From Rebecca billardiae RCC1528 (lineage: Eukaryota > Protista > Haptophyta): a stretch of 64,000 bases of DNA. Every line of letters starts with the position of its first letter. Position 1 is the first letter of the stretch. The stretch covers positions 496,001 to 560,000 of the forward strand of contig OZ251225.1 in assembly GCA_965240325.2 (NCBI GenBank). The letters run 5' to 3'. Position numbers and translations under genes: made by a program. The notes below the pieces were generated by a model. That model made no database searches. It was not told the DNA's origin and worked only from the letters and a program-made list of their open reading frames with translations. Below, one piece after another: positions 40,801-52,800 of this stretch.

Positions 40801-43800
40801 GTCGCCGCCGCCGAGGTCGATCACGCACGCGGTCTGGTTGTCGCCGTACGCGGCGAAGCCGGAGCCCGAGAGCGTGACGAGCGTGCCGCCAGTCGTCGGG
40901 CCGCCCGGCGGCTCGACGGCCGTCACGTTCACGCTCGCGAGGTCGTACAGCTCGAAGCCGATCTCGTCGAAGACGACGGGCTCGACGTTGTACCCGCCGT
41001 TGAGCGAGAGCGTGACCGCGTACGACCCCGCGCGCACGTCGGTCGGCGCGGCGCACACGACGGTGGTGGTGGCGAGGATGGTGGCGGGCGCGAGCGCCTC
41101 CGCGCCCGACGCGTCGGTGTAGATGCACACCGCCGCGCCGTCCAGGTCGACGAAGCCGCCGCCGAGCAGCGTGAGCGCCGTGGGCGCGCCGATCGGCGCG
41201 CCCGCCGGGAAGCCGGCCTCGACGATTGCGTTGTACAGCACAAACTGCGGCCCGTCCGACGAGAAGGAGGCGCCGTCGAGCGACACGTCGACGGTGAAGT
41301 TGTAAAACGTGCCCACGCCCGTGGGCGATGCGTACGGCACGCCCGCGACCATCTCGGCGAGCCCCTTGTCCGGCAGCGAGCCGGGCAGCTCGGCGAGCAC
41401 GGAGCCGTCGCGCACGTAGCGCACGGTGAGCCGGCCGAGGTCGACGTACGCGTCGAGCTCGGCCGCGCCCTCCTCGTACCCGGCGACGGTGAGGAGGTTG
41501 TCCGCGGGGAGCAGGCCCTGCGGCGAGCCGGGCGGGAGGAGGCGCAGCGCGCGCACGGCGGAGAGCTCGTAGAACGTGAAGCCCGAGCTCACCGCGATGC
41601 GCTTCTCGCACGCCGAGTCGCGCTCGAGCTCGGCGGCCGTGCAGCACACGCCCTCCGCCAGCTCGTCCGCCGTGCACCGCGCCGCCTCGAGCTCGAGGAA
41701 CACCTCGCGCGCGACGGCGTACGCGGCCGGCGCGGGGCAGACGATGTGGTCGCTCGCGACCGCGGTGACGAAGGAGCGCTCGCCCTTGTTCCCGCCGAAC
41801 ACGCAGACGAGCGACTCCGCGCCGCGCGCGTTGAACCAGCCGAGCGCGCGGTCGAACGGGTCGCCCTCGCCCGCCGCAAAGCCCGTGCCAAAGATGGTCA
41901 CCTCCGTGGACGAGCCGAGCGCGGCGCCGACCGGCTGTATCGAGCCGATCTCCGCGAGCGCGAACGGGTTGCGCGAGAGCGTGACCGAGAGCGTCGACGT
42001 GGCGAAGAGGTGCCACTCGAAGCCGACGAACTTGTAGCACAGCACCGCGCCCGAGACCTCGCGCATGTACTCGGTCGGGCCGATCGTGCCGTTGGCGCTC
42101 ACCGACTGCACGGGCGCGACGTACTCGTACCCGGCGGCGGCGGCGGAGGCGCAGTCCGTCGCGACCTGCGCGCCCGACGCGGTGTCGCCGCTGAGCAGCA
42201 CCCACAGCGCGAGGTCGCCCGCGCCCACGCCCACGCCCTCGAACTGGATCACCTCGGCGAACGTCGCGACGGTCGAGGTGGCGGCGATCCGCACGGTGGG
42301 CTCGGTCACCTCGTACACGTCGAGCGTGAAGGCCGGGTACAGCTTGAACGCGTTGCCCGCAAACGAGTAGCACAGCTGGTAGCCCACGCCGCCGTTGTCG
42401 GCGAGGAAGGTGTACGTCGCGGTCGCGTCGCCGAGCCGCGTGGTGGCGACGCTCTGCAACCCGCCCGTCTGCTGCTGCCACGGCCGGCAGCCCGGCGCCG
42501 TGCACGCGCAGCTCGTCGCGCCCGGCGGCACCAGGAAGGCGCGGTCGGCGTCGGAGACGCCCACGCCGCCAAACCAGAAGGTGCGCGGGGCGCTGACGAT
42601 GATGGCGCCGCTGGTGGGCGCGCCGACGCCGCCCAGGCGCAGCGCGTCCGGGATGTCCGCGTCCGAGAAGGCGAGCAGCTCGAACACCTCCAGCGAGACC
42701 GCGGCGAAGGCGGCGACGCCCTTGGCGCGGAAGTTGTAGCAGAGCGAGAGCGCGGCGCTCGAGTACGTGGACGGCGTGAACGTGACGCTCGCGGCGCCGT
42801 CGCCGACAAAGGTGGGCACGAGCAGGCCGCTGAAGGACGCGGCCGCGCCGACCGAGCAGTCGGTGGCGTAGAACGCCTCCTGGTCCGCGGCCGAGAGCCC
42901 GATGCCGCGCAGCGTGATCGTCGTGGGCACGCCGGCCGTGGCGGTGGTGAGCGCGGGCGCGGACACCTCGGCCGCACTCGCCGTCACCTCCGGCACGAGC
43001 ACCCACGGCTCGAAGCCGCCGTCCGGCCGGCTGAAGCGGTAGCACAGGTGCAGCTCGGCGAGGCCGTCGAAGAAGGTGAACGGCGTCACGCCGCCCGCGC
43101 GCACCGTCTGGTACGCGGCGGTGCGCACGCTCGGGTCGGAGGGGAGCGTGCCGGCGTGGCCCGAGGGCGGCGCGTCGCAGCCGAGCGACGCGTTCACCCA
43201 CTTGGCCTGGTCGCCCGCCTTCACGCCGACGCCGCTGAACGCGACGCTCTCCTCGAGGCCGACGACCGCAAACACGGCCGCGCTCGGGCCCGTCACCTCG
43301 TACGACGACAGCTGCGCGCCCGGGTAGTGCACGTACGGCTCGGCGCCGAACTTGTAGCACAGCTCGGCGGCGACGATGCCCGCGCTCGTGACGAGGGAGA
43401 TGGCGCCGTCGGCCACTGTCAGCTCGCCGCCGAGCGCCGGGTCGGGCGTGAGCGACGCGCAGTCGGGCGCGCCGGCGGACGCGTCGGCAAAGAAGGCGAG
43501 GTCGCCGTCGGCCACGCCGTACCCGCTCAGCGGCAGCGGCTCGGCCACGCCCTTGACGACGACGAGCGCCTGCTCGTCGAGGGCGAACGCGTCGTACTGC
43601 ACGGCGGGCACGTGCACGTGCGCGCCCTCCGTGGCGAACTGGTAGCACAGGCTGGCGAGGCCGGCGGCGGTGGTGTCCGTGAACGTGAAGGACGCGCTGC
43701 CGCTGGCGTCCACCGTCTGCTCGCCGCCGAGGCTGGGCAGCGCGCCGGCCGAGCAGTCCGCCTCGACCGTCCAGAAGGCGCTATCGCCCGCGCCCACGCC

Positions 43801-46800
43801 CACGCCGCTGAAGGCCACCGCCTCCGCCACTCCCACCACGCCCACGGTGCGCGCGGGCGAGAGCACGGCGAGCGCGGACGCGGTGAGCGCGGGGTACGGC
43901 ACAAACGCGCCGCCGTCGTACCCGCCGAAGCCGTAGCACAGCTGCAGGCTCGCCTCGGGCTGCGCGAAGGCGAAGGCGGCCTGCAGGCCGGCGTCGAGCG
44001 GCTGCACGCCGCCGTACGCATCGCCGTACTCGAGCGCGTACGTCGCGGCGCGCGGGCACGCGGTGAGGTTGGCCGGCAGCAGGTAGGCGCGGTCGCCCTC
44101 CGCGACGCCCGCGCCGCTGAACTCGAGCAGCAGGCTCGAGCCCACCACCGCGCTCGTGTCCGCCGCGCCGGGGTCGGCCATCGAGTCGACGCCCCTCGAG
44201 TCGACGAGCGTGTCCGCAAACAGCGACCACGGCCGGCCGGCCGTGTCGCCAAACTTGTAGCACAGCTCGAAGGAGCCGGCGGCGGCGAAGGTGAAGGTGG
44301 CGCGGCCGCCCGAGCCAACCGCCGCCTGCGGCGCGCCCGCGCCGGCGGCAGACGCGCACTCTGTGTCCACGCACGTCGCGAGCGCGCTGCCGCTCAGGCC
44401 GGCGCACGCCGCGGCCGCCGTGCCCGCCGCCATCCACGCGGCCTGGTCGGCGAGGTTCTCGTTCGAGTTGACGCCGGTGCCGACGAGCTGCTGCTCCGAC
44501 GCGACGGCGCGCACAGCGAGCAGCGCGGCCGCGTCGATGCCGTACACGTCGAGCTCGGCGTTGGGCAGCTCGACGACCGCGCCGCCGCCCGCGGGCGCGT
44601 GGCAGAAGCGCAGCCGCGTGATGGCGCTCGGCATCGTCACCACGGCCACGCTCGTGCCGTCCTGCTCGGCGGCGGTGAACTCGCCGCCGAGCGCCGCGTC
44701 CGCGCTCGCGCCGTCGCACGAGGCCGTGGCGAGGAAGATCGTGTCGCCGGCCGCGGGCAGCCCGCCCGCCAAGGCGGCGACCGCGAGGTCAATCGTCTCC
44801 GGCGTGCCGACGACGGCGACGACGAACTCGGTCGTGCGCGGCGGCGGGCTCGGCGGCGGCGGCGGCGGTGGCGAGGGCGGCGGCGGGCGCGGCGGCGACG
44901 AGGGCGGCGGCGGCGAGGGCGGGCTCGGCGGCGGCGAGCTCGGTGGCGGCTGCGGGCTGGGCGGCGGCGGGCTGGGCGGCGGCGGCGGGCTGGGCGGCAG
45001 CGGCGGCGGCGGCGGCAGCGGCGGCGGGAACGGGCTGGGCGGCGGCGGCGAGGGCGGCGGCGGTGGCGGCGCGGAGGGCGGCGAGGGCGGCGACGACGGC
45101 GGTGAGGAGGGCGGCGGAGGGCTGGGCGGCGGGCTGGGCGGCGGCGTGGGTGGCGGGCTCGGCGGCGCGAGGGGCGGCGGGCTGGGCGGCGGCGAGGGCG
45201 GCGGGCTCGGCGGCGGCGACGGCGGCGGCGGAGGGAAGGGCACGACGCGCGGCGGCGGCGGCGGCGAGCTCGGCGGCGGCGGGCTGGGCGGCGGGGACGG
45301 AGGCGGGGACGGTGGTGGCGGCGATGGCGGCGGAGACGGCGGGGCCGATGGCGGCGGCGGCGATGGCGGCGGATTCGGCGGCGGCGATGGTGGCGCCGAC
45401 GGTGGCGGCGACGGTGGCGGCGAAGGTGGCGGCACCGGAGGCGGGCTCGGAGGCGCCGGCGGGGGCGAAGGTGGCGGCGGGCTCGGCGGCGGCGAGGGCG
45501 GCGGCGAAGGCGGCGGTGAGGGCGGCGGCGAGGGCGGCGGGCTCGGCGGCGGGCTGGGCGGCGGCGATGGCGGCGGGCTGGGCGGAGGCGAAGGTGGCGG
45601 GCTGGGTGGCGGACTCGGCGGAGGGCTCGGCGGAGGGCTCGGCGGCGGGCTGGGCGGCGGGCTGGGTGGCGGCGAGGGCGGCGGGCTTGGGGGAGGCGAG
45701 GGCGGTGGGCTTGGCGGCGGGCTGGGAGGTGGCGAGGGCGGCGGGCTCGGCGGCGGGCTCGGCGGCGGCGAGGGCGGCGGGCTCGGCGGCGGGCTCGGCG
45801 GCGGGCTCGGCGGCGGGCTCGGCGGCGGGCTTGGCGGCGGGCTCGGCGGCGGCGAGGGTGGCGGGCTCGGCGGCGGCGAGGGCGGCGGTGAGGGCGGGGG
45901 CGACGGCGGCGGGCTCGGCGGGGGCGAGGGTGGCGGTGAGGGCGGCGGCGACGGCGGCGGGCTGGGCGGCGGGCTGGGCGGCGGCGATGGCGGCGGGCTG
46001 GGCGGCGGGCTGGGCGGCGGCGATGGTGGCGGGCTGGGCGGCGGGCTGGGCGGCGGGCTGGGCGGCGGGCTGGGCGGCGGGCTCGGCGGCGGGCTCGGCG
46101 GCGGGCTCGGCGGCGGGCTCGGTGGCGGCGACGGCGGCGGGCTGGGCGGAGGCGATGGAGGAGGGCTGGGCGGCGGCGCTGGGGGCGGGCTGGGGGGTGG
46201 CGACGGTGGCGGGTTTGGCGGCGGGCTCGGCGGCGGGCTCGGCGGCGGCGACGGTGGCGGCGGGCTGGGCGGCGGGCTGGGCGGCGGTGAGGGCGGCGGG
46301 CTCGGTGGTGGCGACGGTGGCGGTGAGGGTGGCGGGCTTGGCGGCGGAGACGGCGGCGGGCTCGGCGGCGGCGATGGCGGTGGCGATGGCGGCGGGCTTG
46401 GCGGTGGGCTTGGCGGCGGGCTCGGCGGCGGCGATGGCGGCGGCGATGGCGGAGGGCTCGGTGGCGGGCTCGGTGGCGGCGAAGGCGGCGGGCTCGGTGG
46501 CGGGCTCGGCGGCGGCGACGGCGGCGGACTCGGTGGCGGCGACGGTGGCGGCGAAGGCGGCGGGCTCGGCGGGGGGCTCGGCGGTGGGCTCGGCGGCGGG
46601 CTCGGCGGCGGGCTCGGCGGTGGCGATGGCGGCGGGCTCGGCGGCGGGCTCGGCGGCGGGCTCGGCGGTGGCGAGGGCGGCGGGCTCGGCGGCGGGCTCG
46701 GCGGCGGCGAGGGCGGCGGGCTCGGTGGCGGGCTCGGCGGGGGCGACGGCGGCGGGCTCGGCGGCGGCGACGGTGGCGGCGAAGGCGGCGGGCTCGGCGG

Positions 46801-49800
46801 CGGGCTCGGCGGTGGGCTCGGCGGCGGGCTCGGCGGCGGGCTTGGTGGTGGCGATGGCGGCGGGCTCGGCGGCGGGCTCGGCGGCGGGCTCGGCGGTGGC
46901 GAGGGCGGCGGGCTCGGCGGCGGGCTCGGCGGCGGCGAGGGCGGCGGGCTCGGTGGCGGGCTCGGCGGGGGCGAGGGCGGCGGGCTCGGCGGCGGCGATG
47001 GGGGCGGCGAAGGCGGCGGGCTGGGCGGCGGGCTGGGCGGCGGGCTGGGAGGCGGTGATGGCGGTGGGCTTGGCGGCGGGCTTGGCGGCGGGCTCGGCGG
47101 CGGACTTGGCGGCGGGCTCGGTGGCGGCGAGGGCGGCGGCGAGGGCGGCGGGCTCGGTGGCGGGCTTGGCGGTGGCGAGGGCGGCGGGCTCGGCGGTGGC
47201 GAGGGTGGCGGACTGGGCGGCGGCGAGGGTGGCGGGCTCGGCGGCGGGCTGGGCGGAGGGCTCGGCGGTGGCGATGGCGGCGGCGATGGCGGCGGCGATG
47301 GCGGCGGGCTCGGCGGAGGGCTCGGCGGTGGCGAGGGCGGCGGGCTCGGCGGCGGGCTCGGAGGAGGCGATGGCGGGGGACTCGGTGGGGGCGAGGGCGG
47401 TGGGGACGGCGGCGGAGACGGCGGTGGCGAGGGCGGTGGGCTCGGCGGCGGGGAGGGCGGTGGCGAGGGCGGCGGGCTTGGCGGCGGAGAGGGCGGCGGG
47501 CTCGGAGGTGGCGAGGGTGGCGGCGACGGCGGCGGGCTCGGCGGTGGCGAGGGCGGCGGTGAGGGCGGTGGCGAGGGCGGCGGGCTCGGCGGCGGGCTCG
47601 GCGGCGGGCTCGGCGGCGGGCTCGGCGGCGGGCTCGGCGGCGGGCTTGGGGGCGGCGAGGGCGGAGGGCTCGGTGGCGGGCTTGGTGGCGGCGAGGGCGG
47701 CGGGCTCGGCGGCGGGCTGGGCGGCGGCGAGGGCGGCGGGCTGGGTGGCGGGCTCGGAGGAGGCGAAGGTGGTGGGCTGGGTGGCGGGCTCGGTGGCGGC
47801 GACGGCGGCGGCGACGGCGGCGGCGACGGCGGCGGGCTCGGCGGAGGGCTCGGAGGCGGGCTCGGAGGCGGGCTCGGCGGCGGGCTCGGCGGCGGCGAGG
47901 GCGGTGGACTCGGCGGCGGGCTCGGCGGCGGGCTCGGCGGCGGCGAGGGCGGCGGGCTCGGAGGCGGCGAAGGTGGTGGGCTGGGTGGCGGGCTCGGCGG
48001 CGGGCTGGGTGGTGGCGACGGCGGCGGGCTCGGCGGCGGCGACGGCGGCGGCGACGGCGGCGGCGACGGCGGTGGGCTGGGCGGCGGGCTTGGCGGTGGG
48101 CTCGGCGGCGGACTCGGTGGGGGCGAGGGCGGTGGACTCGGCGGCGGGCTCGGCGGCGGGCTCGGCGGCGGCGACGGCGGCGGGCTCGGAGGAGGCGATG
48201 GTGGTGGGCTGGGTGGCGGGCTCGGCGGCGGGCTCGGCGGCGGGCTCGGCGGCGGGCTCGGCGGCGGGCTGGGCGGCGGGCTGGGCGGCGGCGACGGCGG
48301 CGGTGACGGCGGTGGCGATGGCGGCGGGCTTGGCGGCGGGCTCGGTGGCGGCGAGGGCGGTGGACTCGGCGGCGGGCTCGGCGGCGGGCTCGGCGGCGGG
48401 CTCGGCGGCGGGCTCGGAGGAGGCGAAGGTGGTGGGCTGGGTGGCGGGCTGGGTGGCGGGCTGGGCGGCGGGCTGGGCGGCGGACTCGGCGGCGGGCTGG
48501 GCGGCGGCGACGGCGGCGGCGACGGCGGCGGCGACGGCGGCGGCGATGGCGGCGGCGATGGCGGCGGGCTCGGCGGCGGCGAGGGCGGTGGACTCGGCGG
48601 CGGACTCGGCGGCGGGCTCGGCGGCGGGCTCGGCGGCGGGCTCGGAGGAGGCGAAGGCGGCGGGCTGGGTGGCGGGCTCGGCGGCGGGCTCGGCGGCGGG
48701 CTTGGCGGCGGGCTCGGCGGCGGCGAGGGCGGCGGCGAGGGCGGCGGCGAGGGCGGCGGCGAGGGCGGCGGGCTCGGCGGTGGGCTCGGCGGCGGCGAGG
48801 GCGGTGGACTCGGCGGCGGGCTCGGCGGCGGGCTTGGCGGCGGGCTCGGCGGCGGGCTCGGAGGAGGCGATGGTGGTGGGCTGGGTGGCGGGCTGGGCGG
48901 CGGGCTCGGCGGCGGGCTGGGCGGCGGGCTCGGCGGCGGGCTGGGCGGCGGGCTCGGCGGCGGCGACGGCGGCGGTGAAGGGGGTGGGCTCGGCGGCGGC
49001 GATGGCGGCGGGCTCGGCGGCGGCGATGGAGGCGGTGGCGACGGAGGCGGGCTCGGCGGCGGGCTGGGCGGCGGCGAGGGCGGAGGTGAGGGCGGTGGGC
49101 TGGGCGGCGGCGACGGCGGCGGTGACGGCGGTGGCGACGGCGGTGGCGACGGCGGCGGGCTCGGAGGCGGCGACGGCGGCGGGGGGCTTGGTGGCGGGCT
49201 TGGCGGCGGCGATGGCGGCGGCGATGGCGGCGGCGATGGCGGCGGCGATGGCGGCGGGCTTGGCGGCGGCGATGGCGGCGGCGATGGCGGCGGGCTGGGC
49301 GGAGGCGAGGGTGGTGGCGCGGGTGGTGGGCTTGGCGGCGGGCTCGGCGGCGGGCTCGGCGGCGGGCTCGGCGGCGGGCTCGGTGGCGGCGAGGGCGGTG
49401 GACTTGGCGGCGGGCTCGGCGGCGGGCTTGGCGGCGGGCTCGGTGGCGGTGACGGCGGCGGCGATGGCGGTGGAGGCGACGGTGGAGGGCTGGGCGGCGG
49501 GCTGGGTGGCGGTGACGGTGGGGGCGACGGCGGTGGGCTCGGCGGCGGGCTCGGCGGCGGGCTGGGCGGCGGCGATGGCGGCGGCGATGGCGGTGGCGAC
49601 GGGGGCGGGCTCGGCGGCGGGCTCGGCGGCGGCGACGGCGGTGGGCTTGGTGGCGGGCTCGGCGGTGGAGGGCTCGGTGGCGGGCTTGGCGGCGGCGATG
49701 GCGGCGGCGATGGCGGCGGCGATGGCGGTGGGCTGGGCGGAGGCGAGGGCGGTGGCGCGGGTGGCGGGCTTGGCGGCGGGCTCGGCGGCGGGCTCGGCGG

Positions 49801-52800
49801 CGGGCTTGGCGGCGGGCTCGGAGGAGGCGAAGGTGGTGGGCTGGGTGGAGGGCTTGGCGGCGGGCTCGGGGGCGGGCTCGGTGGAGGTGACGGCGGCGGC
49901 GATGGCGGCGGGGGCGACGGTGGAGGGCTGGGCGGCGGGCTGGGTGGCGGTGATGGTGGGGGCGACGGCGGTGGGCTCGGCGGCGGGCTGGGCGGCGGGC
50001 TGGGCGGCGGTGATGGCGGCGGCGATGGCGGTGGCGACGGTGGCGGGCTCGGCGGCGGGCTCGGCGGCGGCGATGGCGGTGGGCTTGGCGGCGGGCTCGG
50101 CGGCGGAGGGCTCGGTGGCGGGCTTGGCGGCGGCGACGGCGGTGGCGATGGCGGCGGCGATGGCGGCGGGCTCGGTGGTGGTGACGGTGGCGGGCTTGGC
50201 GGTGGCGAGGGCGGTGGGCTCGGCGGCGGCGAGGGCGGCGGGCTCGGCGGCGGCGAGGGCGGCGGGCTCGGCGGCGGGCTTGGCGGCGGGCTCGGCGGCG
50301 GTGGCGAGGGCGGCGGAGAGGGCGGTGGGCTTGGCGGCGGGCTTGGCGGCGGGCTCGGCGGCGGCGACGGCGGCGGGCTGGGCGGCGGCGACGGCGGTGG
50401 GCTCGGCGGCGGCGAGGGCGGCGGGCTGGGCGGAGGCGAGGGTGGTGGCGCGGGTGGCGGGCTTGGCGGCGGGCTTGGCGGCGGGCTCGGCGGCGGGCTC
50501 GGCGGCGGGCTCGGCGGCGGGCTCGGCGGCGGGCTCGGTGGCGGAGAGGGCGGTGGGCTTGGCGGCGGGCTCGGCGGCGGGCTCGGCGGTGGCGACGGTG
50601 GCGGGCTGGGCGGCGGCGACGGCGGCGGGGGCGAGGGCGGCGGCGAGGGCGGCGGGCTGGGCGGCGGCGAGGGTGGAGGCGAGGGCGGCGGGGACGGCGG
50701 CGGGGACGGCGGCGGGCTCGGCGGCGGAGAAGGTGGCGGCGAGGGCGGCGGGCTCGGCGGCGGGCTCGGCGGCGGCGAGGGCGGCGGCGATGGCGGCGGG
50801 CTGGGAGGCGGGGACGGAGGTGGCGGCGATGGCGGCGGCGATGGCGGCGGGCTCGGTGGAGGGCTCGGGGGCGGTGACGGCGGCGGTGACGGCGGCGGGC
50901 TCGGCGGCGGGCTCGGCGGCGGCGACGGCGGCGGGCTCGGCGGCGGGCTCGGCGGCGGCGACGGCGGCGGAGGCGACGGGGGCGGCGAGGGAGGCGGACT
51001 CGGCGGCGGCGACGGCGGCGGCGACGGCGGCGGGCTCGGCGGTGGTGAAGGCGGCGGGCTCGGCGGCGGGCTTGGCGGAGGGCTCGGCGGCGGTGACGGC
51101 GGCGGTGACGGCGGCGGGCTTGGCGGCGGGCTCGGCGGCGGGCTCGGCGGTGGCGAGGGCGGTGGCGGGCTCGGCGGCGGGCTCGGCGGTGGCGAGGGCG
51201 GTGGGCTCGGCGGTGGGCTCGGCGGCGGGCTCGGCGGTGGCGAGGGTGGTGGGCTTGGCGGCGGGCTCGGCGGCGGGCTGGGCGGTGGGCTGGGCGGCGG
51301 CGAGGGCGGCGGCGGCGATGGAGGCGGGCTCGGCGGTGGGCTTGGTGGCGGCGAGGGCGGCGGGCTGGGCGGCGGGCTGGGCGGCGGGCTCGGGGGTGGC
51401 GAGGGAGGTGGGCTGGGCGGCGGGCTGGGCGGCGGGCTCGGCGGAGGCGAGGGCGGTGGCGGCGAGGGCGGTGGTGAGGGCGGCGGGCTGGGTGGTGGCG
51501 AGGGCGGCGGGCTTGGCGGCGGGCTCGGCGGTGGCGATGGCGGCGGGCTCGGGGGCGGCGATGGCGGCGGGCTGGGCGGTGGCGAAGGTGGCGGTGATGG
51601 GGGTGGGCTCGGCGGCGGCGATGGCGGTGGGCTCGGCGGCGGCGATGGAGGCGGTGGCGACGGAGGCGGGCTGGGCGGCGGGCTGGGCGGCGGCGAGGGC
51701 GGAGGTGAGGGCGGTGGGCTGGGTGGCGGTGATGGCGGCGGCGACGGCGGCGGGGGCGACGGCGGCGGGCTGGGCGGCGGGCTGGGCGGCGGCGAAGGTG
51801 GAGGCGACGGCGGCGGGCTCGGCGGCGGGGAGGGCGGCGGACTCGGCGGCGGGCTCGGCGGCGGCGATGGCGGCGGGCTGGGAGGCGGGGACGGAGGCGG
51901 CGGCGATGGCGGCGGCGATGGCGGCGGGCTCGGTGGAGGGCTCGGGGGCGGTGACGGCGGCGGTGACGGCGGCGGGCTCGGCGGCGGGCTCGGCGGCGGC
52001 GACGGCGGCGGGCTCGGTGGCGGGCTCGGAGGCGGTGATGGTGGCGGGGGCGACGGGGGCGGCGAGGGAGGCGGACTCGGCGGCGGCGACGGTGGCGGCG
52101 ACGGCGGCGGGCTGGGCGGTGGTGAAGGCGGCGGGCTCGGCGGCGGGCTTGGCGGCGGGCTCGGCGGCGGTGACGGCGGCGGTGACGGCGGCGGGCTCGG
52201 CGGCGGGCTCGGCGGCGGGCTCGGCGGCGGCGAGGGCGGCGGCGGGCTCGGTGGCGGGCTCGGCGGTGGCGAGGGCGGTGGGCTCGGCGGAGGGCTCGGC
52301 GGCGGGCTCGGCGGTGGCGACGGTGGTGGGCTTGGCGGCGGGCTCGGCGGCGGGCTGGGCGGTGGGCTGGGCGGCGGCGAGGGCGGCGGCGGCGATGGTG
52401 GCGGGCTCGGCGGTGGGCTTGGTGGTGGCGAGGGCGGAGGGCTGGGCGGCGGGCTGGGCGGCGGGCTTGGGGGTGGCGAGGGAGGTGGGCTGGGCGGCGG
52501 GCTGGGCGGCGGGCTGGGCGGCGGCGAGGGCGGCGGCGGCGAGGGCGGTGGCGAGGGCGGCGGGCTGGGCGGTGGCGAGGGCGGCGGGCTCGGCGGCGGG
52601 CTCGGCGGCGGGCTCGGCGGCGGGCTCGGCGGTGGCGAGGGCGGCGGGCTCGGCGGCGGGCTCGGCGGCGGGCTCGGCGGCGGTGGCGAGGGCGGCGGAG
52701 AGGGCGGTGGGCTTGGAGGCGGGCTCGGCGGCGGGCTCGGCGGTGGCGACGGCGGCGGGCTAGGCGGCGGCGACGGCGGCGGGGGCGAGGGCGGCGGGCT

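Noticed and set aside
35299-45105. Long overlapping ORFs (1060, 1805, 2201 aa etc.) over the giant gene
   Set aside because: Stop-codon scarcity in very GC-rich coding DNA; Arg/Ala-rich translations with no motifs
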